From contig NC_068985.1 of the NCBI RefSeq assembly GCF_001194135.2, positions 40,815,016 to 40,879,015 of the forward strand: a stretch of DNA of 64,000 nucleotides, given 5' to 3'. Origin of the DNA: Octopus bimaculoides. Its lineage: Eukaryota. Under the pieces are notes generated by a model. It had not been told where the DNA came from. It searched no databases and worked only from the letters and a program-made list of their open reading frames with translations. A program made the position numbers and the translations under genes. Positions within the stretch are counted from its first letter, which is position 1, and every line of letters starts with the position of its first letter. Positions 26,734 through 39,552 of the stretch are shown here, piece by piece.

Positions 26734-28194
26734 TAAATTCACCAGAAGCTAGGATAGCAAAGGGTTTTTTTGTTTCCTTGGCAATAAGTAAAATAATGCG
26801 ACATATTCAATTGCTTTCACTAAAAAATTTTCTGTCCTAACTACCAACTAAGTCAATCAACCAAATAAATAAACAAAAGAATCATATATCCACTTAAACC
26901 ACATCTGATCCATGCAAATGGCTGATAAAGTGATATTCATTAGTAACTGAAACTAAGATTACAACTGTACTTTGCTAGTTGTATAAACTGGGTACGGTGA
27001 GGGGTGCTACCTAACAGACAAGAGCTATGCAAACTTTCTGTTTGGGGATAAAAAGTGGAAACCAAAAGTTTGTTTCCACAATGACATGGTTTCAGGTTCA
27101 ATCTTACTGTACAGCACCTTGAGCCAGTTTCTCCTACTATAGCCCTGGGTCAACCAAAGCCTTGTGAGTGGATCTGGTAGATGGAAACTGAAAGAAGCTT
27201 GTCATGTGTCTGCGTGTCTTTGCATTTGTCTTCCACTACTGCTTGGCAACTGGTGTTGGTTTGTTTACACCCATGTAACTTAGTAGTTTGGCAAAAGGGA
27301 CCAACAGAATAAATATCAGGCTTAAAAATAAGTGCCAAGGTCAATTTGTTCAACAGAACCCTTGAAAATGCTGCCCCAGCATGGCTGTAGTCCAATGACT
27401 GAAACCAATAAAATAAAAGGAAAAGAAAAAGTTAAGCTCACAAAGGCAAACCTTCCTCCCTAAGTATTTTAATTTAATTCAAAGATTCAATAGCATTTCA
27501 AAAACTATGACCTGCTTCCATATTTCAGTTCACTCTTACCCCTGCCAACACTTCTACAATAGACTAACCTCTAATTCTCTAAAATGGCTTTCATTTTCAA
27601 TTCAGAATTAAAAACAATGTGAACAGTAACAATGGCAATAAAAGAGATGTAGTGTATTTAAACTGTATAGACAATTTACTCAAGGACAATAAGATAATTC
27701 CTAATTAACAAGAAAAAAAAACAACAACAGTAGAAGAAGGAAAAAAGAGCATTGCCATTTCCCCTGCTCCACTCCAGAAACTGGGATGTGTTTGTTCATC
27801 ATCATCATGATGGTAATGATGGTGATGATGATGATGACTGAGTATGAGAAATTTGATCTAGTTTTGAGATTTTGTCTACATTCACAGTTCCCGTTTGACA
27901 ACAACATCAGCAACAACATGAAAAAAAAAAATGTTGACTTCAGTAGAAAAATATAGGTTAATTTTATTACTGACTTAATTGATGAAGCTAGAAAATGGGT
28001 ACATATGTTCCCAAACTCTTGTCCTTTCTCTCATTTTGATTTTCTGTCCGTGTGCTTTCCTCTGATTGTCACAAACACAAACAACAGTACAACATGATCT
28101 GACCGCCTTCTCACTATTTCTCATACACACAATACAATATGCTGTTTCAGTAGGGAAAAACACATACATACATATGTACATATGCATGTCTTTA

Positions 28195-28450
28195 TCTTTT
28201 ATCTTCTACTTGTTTCAGTCTTTGGACTACTGCCATGTGGTGGTGGTGGTGGTGGTGGGGGGCTGCCTTGAAGGGTTTTAAAGTCAAACAAATTGAGCCC
28301 AGTACTTATTTTTTATTCAAGTCTGGTATTATTTTATCAATCACTTTTGCCAAATTGCTAAGTTACAGGGTATGCAAACAAACCAACACCTGTTGTCAAG
28401 TGGAAGGAGAACAGACACAAAGACACACAAACATACATGCATATACACCC

Positions 28451-28481
<31 letters not shown>

Positions 28482-29330
28482 TCACAGGCTTCTTTCAGTT
28501 TTTGCCAACCAAATCCATTCACAAGGTTGGGACTACAGCAGAAGTCCCAGGTGACTGAATCAGAAACATGTGGTTGGGATGCAAACTTCATACCACAGTT
28601 TTGTGTGTGTGTGTGTGTGTGTGTGTATGCCTGTACATTCACATGTATGTATAGGCATAAATACATATATACAGCCGTTGTATATATATGTGTGTGTGTG
28701 TATGTGTTTGTCTCCCCACCATTGCTTGACAACTGATGCTGGTGTGTTTACATCCCTATAACTTAGCAGTTTGGCAAAAGAACCGATAGAATAAGTACTA
28801 GGCTTACAAAGAATAAGTTCTGGGGTCGATTTGTTCGACTAAAGGTGGTGCTTCAGCATGGCCGCAGTCAAATGACTGAAACAAGTAAAAGAATAACAGA
28901 ATAGGTCCAGGCATAGCTGTGTGTATAGGCACAGGTGTGGCTGTCTGGTAAGAAGTTTGTTTCCCAACCACATGGTCCCAAGTTCAGTCCCACTGTGTGT
29001 GTCATCTTGGGCAAATGCCTGCTAGTATAGCTCCAGGCTGTCCTAAGCCTTCTGAATAGATTTGCTACACAGAAACTGAAAGAAACCCATTGTGTGTATC
29101 CGTGTGTGTGTATGAGTTACTATTGCCTTGCCTTGACACCATTTATATACAATCGATGCTGGTGTGTTTACATCCCCGTAACTTAGCGGTTCGGCAAAAG
29201 AGACTGATAGAATAAGTACTAGGTTTCCAAAGAATAAGTCCTGGGGTCGATTTGCTCGACTAAAAGCGGTGCTCCAGCATGGCCGCAGTCAAAATGACTG
29301 AAACAAGTAAAAGAGTAAAGAGTAAAGAGT
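28195..29330. mobile_element. Cluster of three copies of that SINE family (-, + 3' half, + full)
   Basis: cttgtttcagtc... at 28208; ...gactgaaacaagtaaaaga near 28875 and 29297. Confidence 0.8.
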
Positions 29331-29697
29331 ATATAAACATATGTGCATGTGTGTGTATGTACTTCACTGAAATATCACAGACCATGTAGCTGTAATTTAA
29401 CCTCAAGGAAAAAAAAAATAAACATTTGCCAGTTAATTCATTCATTCATAACTTGAATATAGTCTTTAAAAGGAAGCATGACTCTACATTAATTCAAAAA
29501 TCATTTAAAAATAATTTTTCAGCTTAAGCTGTTAATGTTATATCAAATGGTTTTACTTTCATCTATACTATAAACCAATAAAAGTCACACATGCATCTCA
29601 ACCTTAGAACTATAACTGCTCCAACTTTTTGATACGAAATTTCATACGAAATAGCTTCATTTCACTGTGTAGTGCTAGAGCTCTCTTTAGCCATTTT

Positions 29698-29905
29698 CTT
29701 AACCATATTTCTGTCAAAATATACTACTTCTGTTTCATTTGAAAGTAATCAAGAATTTAGTAAAATAATTTTGTCATCATTAAACTGATATTTGGAACAT
29801 AAATTACGTAAAATTTTGATGGTAGGTTTTATTTAGATCACTTTAAAACAGAAAGCTTGTATCATAGAACTATAGGTGGTTTCAGACAGGTTGGTGTCGA
29901 AAGAG
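29698..29905. mobile_element. Older TTAA-type MITE, right end intact, left end decayed
   Basis: Ends ggttggtgtcgaaagag|TTAA, sharing the TTAA with the next MITE; body resembles a remembered common octopus repeat. Confidence 0.5.
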
Positions 29906-29909
29906 TTAA

Positions 29910-30127
29910 CCCTTTGCAGACGGCAAACAGTACTGACCGCATCGAAACACTGTGTGTGTAAGCTGTGTGATGTCTCTCAGTGCAGCACTGAGTTTTCAAA
30001 TACACCACATTAAGAAGAATCTTAAAATTCACTGTAAAATTCCTTGTATGAAAAATTATGTAGTTACTGAATGGCCTAATACTGGTATACAGCACAGACT
30101 GTCAGTACTAAATCTGTCTGCAAGGGG
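29910..30127. mobile_element. piggyBac-type MITE, 218 bp
   Basis: TTAA|ccctttgcagac..cagtactgac ... gtcagtact..gtctgcaagggg|TTAA. Confidence 0.82.
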
Positions 30128-31270
30128 TTAAAGAACATTCTATCATTAACAGTGTATGTTTCAAGATTTGGTTAGGTCTCTATGACCTAATTGCCATTAT
30201 GTCAATAAAGGTGACATCACCTTCTATTCCTATATAGCATTCAGCATACACATATAGCAAACTAAACACTTCAGTCAATCCTTCAAAACTGTCATACAAA
30301 CATCAACCTACAGATTTTCAAGGTTGAACTTTGACTGTCGTCTTAACAGTCCAAGACGGACTGCAAAGGTCATAGGTACTGACACTTCTTCATTTACTGA
30401 CTCTTGAGAAACAGCAGGTTAGTAACAAGAAAGGCATCCAGCCAAAATTAAAGATATGAGCACCAATCTATGAGAGAAGTAGCTTCCATAAGAACTTGTT
30501 TAAACTGTGACATTCCATCTAACCCATACCAGTATGGAAAGTGGATGTAAAAACGTTGCTCCTGAATCTAGATACTTCATGCTATGCTCCATCGACTTTC
30601 ATGAATATCCAAAAATAAGATAGGATTATAAAGCTTCTTTCAACAGCACAAATGCTGCTGCTGCTCAAATGTCAGCTTAATGTTTAATTATCTTTTATTT
30701 GTTTCAGTTATTGGCCATGCTGGGGCACTGCCTTGAAGGGTTTAATTGAACAACTGAACTCCAGTCAGTTTGTTGTTCTATCATATGGAGATGTAAACAA
30801 ACCAGTACTGGTTGTCAAGTAGCGGGGAGAACATACACCCCCACATACACACACTATGAAGGCAGGTGGTCTAGTGTTGCACTCAAGATCTCTAGATTGT
30901 GGGTTCAGTTCCTGGACCAGATGGTACATTGTATTCTTGAGAAAAAACCCTTTATTTCATGTTGCTCTAGTCCACTCAGCTGCAAATGGGTAATCCTGTG
31001 ATGGAATAACCTTCTGATCAAAAGAATATTGGCCTGCTTGCCTATCCAGCAGGGTGGTATAATTCGAAAGTGGTATAGTAGAAGATATTTATCCAAGATG
31101 CCATGCAGTGAGATTGAACTTAAAATCATGTGGTTGCACAGCAAGTTTCTTAACCATATTGCCAATGTATATTTTTCACTCCTTTTATGTACTGAGTTTA
31201 CTATTTTTGTTCAAATAATCAAGATTATATATATTTGTGCATATACAACTATCTATCTAAAAGAAATGTG

Positions 31271-31309
<39 letters not shown>

Positions 31310-31825
31310 NNNNNNNNNNTATATGTATGTGTGTGTGTGTGTTTATGCATTGGATAGGATATACTCAAACAGTACTTAGGCTATGTTAGTTTATTTCAGT
31401 GAAACTAGGAAAGTTTTATCTTCAGCTGTTTTTAGCTATATTGCTGAACATGCCATTAGATATGGCAAGTGAGATAATGTTTATATCTATTTACTTTATA
31501 TATTTCTGGGGTGTACTTATTGTAATTTCACTACTTTGCGGTTGGTAGTATTTTAGGCAAGAGTGGGTCACACATGCGTAAGCACAGAACCCACACACAA
31601 ACCCATACAAGCATGACAAAATGAATGTAAAACTGCTGATAATGGTGTGTGTTTATGTATGTGAAGCTATATATATATATAGCGTCATACTAATATATAC
31701 TTTTGTTATTTACACCACCTGTCCTCGTCTGTTGTTATTATTTGTATATTCTCCCATATATATATATATATATATATACATACATATATATATATATATA
31801 AATACTATAAATAGAAACATACATG

Positions 31826-31865
<40 letters not shown>

Positions 31866-31886
31866 NNNNNNNNNNNNNNNNNNNNN

Positions 31887-31927
<41 letters not shown>

Positions 31928-32967
31928 AACATGTATATCCATTTACTAGAGCTAAAATAACATTGTTCTAAGCTGCAGATATCATTACACAATTTCACTA
32001 CCACATCACATATCACCACCACTCAAGTGAAGACAAGTAAACACATACTATATTACAACACCACACCTTCCTTCCTTTTATTTTTGTTTACACTATCCCT
32101 TGAGTTAATGCCAACCAGACAGATATTAACTATTTCAAGTTCACAGTTGTTGCCAGCATTGTACAATTAAATTAGTATGAGTAGGAAGGGCAATGCCCAT
32201 AGCTTTTTCATGTTCTTTCAAGACTGGGTCGAGGATAAGGAAATGTAACTGGGCAGGGTTAATATAGTTATTATTCAGTTTGAATTATTACAAGTAAGTG
32301 GTTGTAGCAGTTGTTGTATAGGTCAGTTCTGATTGAACAATCCTACAGCATACACACACACACACACACACACACAAATAGAGCACGCATAAATAGTTGG
32401 CTGAATGACAAGGTATAACTTTCAGATCTGTTTTCCAAATATACCATGTTTTTGCCTATCTGAAGGCTACTCTACGCACTCTGTGGATTGTACAGGAGTA
32501 GAGAAGGTTAGTTTGAACATTGAACTTTTGCAAAAGTTAAGTGGTCGACTTGGTGAATTTGGCTGAGAAACTGGGGGAGGATGGAGTTTCAGAGATGTGT
32601 ATAGTTCTGGGAAAGGACTAGAGAGTAGCTTGACATGATAAGATGGTGAGACACTAAAGTCATAATTTTTTTTGGGGAAAAAATGTATGTGAGTGCATAT
32701 GTCACTGATACAAACTGGCAAAAACACTTCTGAAAAATTAGTGCTTTCAAATAAAAATACTTGATGTGATATTTGTTCTATTCAAGTTGTACAGTCACTC
32801 CCATGTCATCATTCTTGCCATTAGAAATGAAGCAAACTGAAAACCAAACAACAATGATATTGTTCATTAGATAAGATATAAAGTAGATGAATATTTACTG
32901 TAGTCTGTTAGTGACCTCATCAGTCTCTTTAAAACCAATTTATATTTTATCAGTGGAGCGACTAGAT

Positions 32968-33297
32968 CAGTGGTTCTCAACCAGGGTCCATATTAGATTT
33001 TTGGTGGGTCTGCACAACAAAATAGTAATTTGGGAATCTGCAATAGTATTTTAAGGGAGCCCCCTCGAAAAATTTTGCTTTAGATGTAAGTCTTGGTATT
33101 ACAAGAAACAGCTAGGTTTCTTTTTCTGATAATTTACATAGTCCAACCTACACAAGTTAATGTGTGAAAAGTAAAATAGGAATTTTGAAAGAAGTTTATA
33201 TAAAATTAGTTTTTAAATATTGAATGGCTATGGGGATCCACCAGAATAAAATGATAACCAAAGGGATCCACAGATACAAAATGGTTGAGAATCCCTG
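32968..33297. mobile_element. hAT MITE, 330 bp
   Basis: TIRs cagtggttctcaacc / ggttgagaatccctg; decayed TSD gactagat / atccagat. Confidence 0.8.
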
Positions 33298-34775
33298 ATC
33301 CAGATAGACTGGTGACCATTGTGAAGACTGTTTTAATGACCATGTTCTCAGTTGTATACTGTGACACACACACACACACACACACACCACTGTCAGTCCA
33401 AGCATAGAGGCCATATTAGAAGCAGTACAAATGGAATTATCCAGAAGATATCAATATGTATAATGATCAAACCAGTGAAGAAGGTGAGTTCTGATTGATG
33501 TGGGGAAAGGGAAATCTACCTTAAAGATTTGCAGTCATAGGTTTAGTTACCCTCCATGTTATCACAGCAAATCTAAATATATGGGGGTTGATATTAATGG
33601 CAGTAGAAATGATGTCCAAAAAGCAACTAACTGTGCAGTCAAAACCAGCAGAGACTGGTATTGCTGATGACAGCAGCTTTGCATTGCAAGAGAATTGGAG
33701 GTCACACAACCATACTTGGTCAGTGTAGTGGACATATATGATCCTTTTGAGGTATCTGTTGTGAATATCAGGAAATAATTGAGACATTTATTCAGTAGGA
33801 GTCATGTGTTACAGCTAAAGAGAAGAAATATGTGTATCCATGCTTGAAATATGGATTTTTTTAGAGAGTTTGATTAACTTTCAAGACAACAGAGCAGGTA
33901 CCAAACATTTCATATTGACACACCTCTTGTCTTCCTGCTTAGATTGACCAGGCTCATATGAAGGATGATTCCCCAAACACACAAATTAATTCATTCTTCA
34001 TTGTTAACTATCTAATGATCAGTAAGTGGGTTTCAGTATGTTGACTCTTCCTTACACTAGTTAATGAATCCTTTGTTGGTGACCCAATGTCCAAAATCTG
34101 GGGTTACAGAAAAAAATTTGAAAGAGCTAGCAACTATTCAAAACTGATACGTAGAGGAGATTCAACAGATGTGAAGCATGTTGACAATACAAAGAATGTT
34201 AAGTTATTCTAGATGTAAATTATTGTAACAACTATTATTATAATACACACTTTTCTACCATTAGAAAAATGTGTATAGTAGTATAATATAGAATCACTAA
34301 AAAACTTAAATTTTGCAAAGATTATAACTGTTTTGAATCATTAGGTGTTATTTTTTGAGTTTATATTAACAATATATATCTGCACCACATTTCTATCAGC
34401 TTGATCTCTAATCACCACCATCTGTTTTGTCCTTGGATATATTGTTCATGGTCCCAGCCTGAATTCAGATTGGGAATCTTCCCTTCTCTAAACTGAAGTT
34501 AGTAATGCCATCATCCAGTAAACCTGTAGCACACCGAGATTAGTTATTCAGACAATAACTTCCATTACATTTAGCTTCTGTTAACTCAAAAGATTCATAA
34601 AAACCGGTAAATGCTTAAAAGTTTCTATTGTCTTCAGATTGTCTTAGCATACTTGTATGTGTCATTCTTTTAACCCTCATATAGCGCCACTTATTATTAT
34701 GAATAACTTGTAGGACCTCATTTGGCCCTGCCGGGAGTTGAAACCAAATCCACCCACTTGATGCTTGCAAAGACT

Positions 34776-35353
34776 NNNNNNNNNNNNNNNNNNNNNNNNN
34801 NNNNNNNNNNNNNNNNNNNNNNNNNNNNNNNNNNNNNNNNNNNNNNNNNNNNNNNNNNNNNNNNNNNNNNNNNNNNNNNNNNNNNNNNNNNNNNNNNNNN
34901 NNNNNNNNNNNNNNNNNNNNNNNNNNNNNNNNNNNNNNNNNNNNNNNNNNNNNNNNNNNNNNNNNNNNNNNNNNNNNNNNNNNNNNNNNNNNNNNNNNNN
35001 NNNNNNNNNNNNNNNNNNNNNNNNNNNNNNNNNNNNNNNNNNNNNNNNNNNNNNNNNNNNNNNNNNNNNNNNNNNNNNNNNNNNNNNNNNNNNNNNNNNN
35101 NNNNNNNNNNNNNNNNNNNNNNNNNNNNNNNNNNNNNNNNNNNNNNNNNNNNNNNNNNNNNNNNNNNNNNNNNNNNNNNNNNNNNNNNNNNNNNNNNNNN
35201 NNNNNNNNNNNNNNNNNNNNNNNNNNNNNNNNNNNNNNNNNNNNNNNNNNNNNNNNNNNNNNNNNNNNNNNNNNNNNNNNNNNNNNNNNNNNNNNNNNNN
35301 NNNNNNNNNNNNNNNNNNNNNNNNNNNNNNNNNNNNNNNNNNNNNNNNNNNNN
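34776..35353. other. Assembly gap (largest of 10)
   Basis: N-run. Others: 1436-1445, 31310-31319, 31866-31886, 35996-36006, 50074-50083, 51781-51891, 55679-55909, 59402-59411, 62826-63074. Confidence 0.98.
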
Positions 35354-36006
35354 GGTCAGATACATTGAATGCACCTGAAAAAAACTGGAAAACAATTATT
35401 CCACACCAAGGTATGAAATATTTATCGAAAAAACAAAATCTTGTATTGATTATACCTATATTTTAATTAATTCAAATTAATGTACCTCATCTTGAAAAGT
35501 GGCAAAATTTTTGTTGGTTGCCATCTGGGATAATTTTAGTAACAAATCAAACAGGTAAAATGCATTAAGAATTTCAATTTTAGTGTTTATCCATAATGTT
35601 ATTGCTTTTACACCTGTTAATTAAATTTACCTATCTATAAAAGTCAAATTTACTCAGCAAGATCAACTAAAATTACATAACTATAAACCAGTGGTATATA
35701 AAGCATCCACTGACAAAATTTCAAATCTGCATGTAAAAAATTTACAAAGTTACAAGCAAATATTGTGGACATTCCTCTTGAAATTGACTAATTCAAAAGA
35801 ACATGAATAAGCATTACATTTGACAGATTAATATGAGCACTAAAGATGTTTTTAGGTGTTTTTTTTCTCTTACATACACACATAACACAGCCTCACTCGG
35901 TTGGGACTACATGTGTGTTACTTTGACATCATCAATCCATAAAATTTGTTTATGGGGAGAAAAATATCAATAGATGTGTGAGTAAGAAAGAAACGNNNNN
36001 NNNNNT

Positions 36007-36447
36007 TCAGAAACTCCCCCTCCCCCGTCCCCTTCCAAAAATTATGCCTACAAATTTCTATGTAATCGTAAACTACACCGTTTGAAAGGTATTTGTATAA
36101 AATTTCATTAAAAAATACCTGTTTTCCAAAAAGTTATGAGGGGGAAAATGTCGGGTCCTATGAATTTTGCGAAAGTCCCCTCCCCAATCCCTCGAAAAAT
36201 TTTTTCCAACAAATCTTTACATACCTGTAATCTACAGGATATGAGTAATTATTTGGTAAAAGTTTTGTTAAAAAGTATCCATCTTTCTGGAAGTTATGAG
36301 GCAACAAAGTTGGTGGAGTATTAAATTGTAGTTATGCCTTTTTTCAATAAAAGTTAACATTAACGGATTAACTTTAACTTCTGTTACATTTTCAAAGAAT
36401 TAATGGATTAATGAAGTTAACTTTTCGATTAACGGTGCCCACCTCTG
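36007..36447. mobile_element. One end of a hAT-like DNA element abutting a gap
   Basis: Terminus ...aagttaacttttcgattaacggtgcccacctctg with subterminal gttaac repeats; the other end is not seen. Confidence 0.45.
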
Positions 36448-38750
36448 ATGATGACTTAGGCAAGAACCAGTGCTAGTTTGACACTGTTGTACTTTGTTAG
36501 TCCTTTGTGGACATTTGCAAGTGTGTTTTCAAAATACAAAAATTAAGTTGTATTTTCATTTCACACCCATCCCAATGCAAAAGAAAATGAGGGAGAAAAA
36601 GTAGAAAGGGATACTAAGTCTGAATTCAATAAATGGTGGTAATATGGACACCTATTTATAGCAGGTCCTTTTAAGAAAACTGTTGTACATTGTTCGTGAA
36701 AATAGTTTCTCACATAATAGAAGTCATCATCTTAATAAATACTAGAAAACACTACCTCAAAGCTAAAATAGAAGTTGTGGGAAGAATACATAATTGAGAA
36801 AAGAAAAAGAAAGAAATGAAAAGACAAGACATGTATATGTTGAAAGAAGTTGTGAAAATTTGGTGATGAAAGAAGCATCTTATAAAATTACTTTTGTGTT
36901 GGCCAAAACAAACAACACCCCCACTGCCAAAAAAAAAAGTCATAAACACCTTTCTCTGATGGAGTGATGGAGGAGGAATTGTTAGACCTTGTTTCAATAT
37001 ATATTTATTTGCAAGTATTGGCAATAAAAGTGTTGAAAATAAGTAGATGAAATTGTCTCTCAAAACAAACATTTAAAGATGCACTGAAGAACTCTTGTGG
37101 TGAATCTGAGTTGTTGGTCTTTTCTGTATTTGGACTTTATTTTCTTTAGCTTTGGGTGAACCTACCAACATATATGATAAAGCCTAATTAAGCATTTTTA
37201 TAAGAGGATTTGATAACAATTTTAGCCACCTAGAACTTGTTGGTCTTCCATTGCTTCATGGAAAAACAGGAGTTTTTGACATAGTCAATGACATCATGCT
37301 GGAAAAGCCAACAAAAAGAGTTTCAGTAAACTCATCAATACTTGTTCTGATGTAGTCTATTATTGATTAGTAAAGATGCAGAATCTGTAATTTTACTTGA
37401 AAACTTTTTACATTGTTTCATATTATAACAGCATTATAATAATGTTCTGAATCCAGTGTGCCACGAGGTGATGCTAGGTGTGCTGAAGTATAACCTGAAT
37501 ATAATTTTTTCCCTATACTTTTAGTTATATTTTTAGTTCAGGTGCGCTGCTGAATTCTGAAAAGAATATAAGAGTACCACAAGTGAAAAAAAGTTGTTGA
37601 AAGCATCTCATAACCTTGTGCTTTCTCTATTCATTTGCACTCCACTTTACAAATATGATCTGGGTACATCAGTACTAAGGCGGTTGTCAAATCCTCAGTG
37701 AGACAGAACTAAGATTTTTTGACCCTATTTTACCTCTTCTTGCTTTAACCAATTTACAAAGTGGCTAAGGGCTGGTGGTGGTGGTGGACTTTCTTTCATA
37801 GCACCAGCATAAGAAGTGGGGGATGGAAGCCTTATACACTGTAGGTGCAGAAAGTGTTTAACAAGCTGAGATGTGTAAATTCACTCAGGTAAATACAGTT
37901 GAGAATAGTGAAAGATCAAAATGGGTCTGTAAAATGAGCAAGACTAGCATAGTAGAGACAAGAGGACGGGAGGGACAACGGGCGAAGCAGAGGTGGACAT
38001 AGCAAGAGAAGGTGATGGGTGACGGTGAGAGATAGAAACATTGAGTGAAATTGTGTACCTGGCAACTGTATGGAAAGCCTTCAGATAGACTATAACTTGT
38101 TTTTGTGTTGTAATAGTAGACTTAATCCATTGCCCTATTTACCTCTACACCCTGCCATGAAGGTGCTTTTAGCAGGGTTCACTTTGCTGCTGCTGTTTGT
38201 ACCATGTCACTAGTCTGAAGATAACACAATACTTTGACATGTTGCTTTTTGACCTCCACTATGCAAGTGTTCAGGTTTCTTCATGTCTTTCTATCATCAG
38301 GCATAGACAACCTGTAAACTGTTATGGGCGTTGCCTCTCCCTGCTTTTCGACAAAACCTCAAAAGTAAGTGCACCCGCTGCACATAACCTAAATACTACA
38401 TTACTACTGGATTACTACACATACAGATATGTGATACATGTGTGTGTGTGTGTGTGCATGTGTGTATAGACAGAAAGACAGACAGATAGATACATAGATA
38501 GATAAACACAAACACACACCTATGCAATTGTACATTGCATTCACAACTCCATGTAGCATTCATACCAAAACAGGTAAAATGGCAGGAAGAAGGTTTATGG
38601 GAGGAATTGGTGGGTGCATGAATGCATGTATTATTAGAACAGCTTTCTCACCCTAAGGTAATTCGGTGGTGTGTGCAGGAGAGTCTTTTTTGGAACATAG
38701 GTATTCTGTATGAATTTACATTTATACCCTGCTGGTAATAAAGTCAGTGG

Positions 38751-38790
<40 letters not shown>

Positions 38791-38922
38791 GTAGGGATCA
38801 GATGAAAGGAATAACAGAATAAGAAAACAAAGGAGGCAAGGGGAAAGAATGACAAAGACAGGAATAAACAGATATGTTAAAGCAATGCAGATGACAAGAT
38901 AAAGAGCTGTGTGGGTGTGTAG

Positions 38923-38965
<43 letters not shown>

Positions 38966-39393
38966 ACCACACATACACACGTGTGTGTGGGGTGTGTGTG
39001 CATGTTCTATTTTGAATTGAGATCTTCCTGTAAGGAAGGGGCTGGTTTCTAACAAAGATACAAAACTCCATCATTAGAATATAGATAACACACACACACA
39101 CATACATACATACATACATATATACATACAAATATATGTATAGGTACAGGCAGACCTGTGTGGTTAAGAAGCTTGCTTCCCAACCTGTGGTCTTGGGTTC
39201 AGTCCCTCAGTTCTGCCATGCAGTACCTTGGTCAAGTGTCTTTTACTATAGCCTTGGGCCAATCACAGCTATGTGAATGGGTTTGGTAGACGGAAACTGA
39301 AAGAAACCTGTTGTGCGTGTGTATGCATGTTTGTGTGTACCTTTGTCTTGACATCATGGTTGCAAACAAACATTACTGTCATACAAGTGATGT

Positions 39394-39552
39394 TCATCAT
39401 CATCGTTGTTTAACGTCCACTTTCCATGCTAGCATGGGTTGGACGATTTGACTGAGGACTGGTGAACCAGATGGCTACACCAGGCTCCAATCTGATTTGG
39501 CAGAGTTTCTACAGCTGGATGCCCTTCCTAACGCCAACCACTCCGAGAGTGA
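39394..39552 (-). mobile_element. Young RTE-type tail inserted into a SINE (host about 39140-39660, +)
   Basis: Near-identical to 10641-10800; interrupts the host SINE body. Confidence 0.75.

Noticed and set aside
32467-32727. Ser/Pro-rich 86-aa ORF
   Set aside because: No homology, no good donor and no partner exons.
34718-35466. Long ORFs spanning N-runs (also 51577-52008, 55599-56231, 62731-63149)
   Set aside because: Artefacts of assembly gaps.
31425-38365. Scattered plus-strand exon-like pieces (about 31425, 33420, 38300) as a nested antisense gene
   Set aside because: They do not assemble into a recognisable protein; the 33.5-33.8 kb part weakly resembles a decayed Gypsy integrase, too weak to call.
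38634-38720. Minus-strand exon-like GYKCKFIQNTYVPKKTLLHTPPNYLR
   Set aside because: Wrong phase for intron 1 and no homology.
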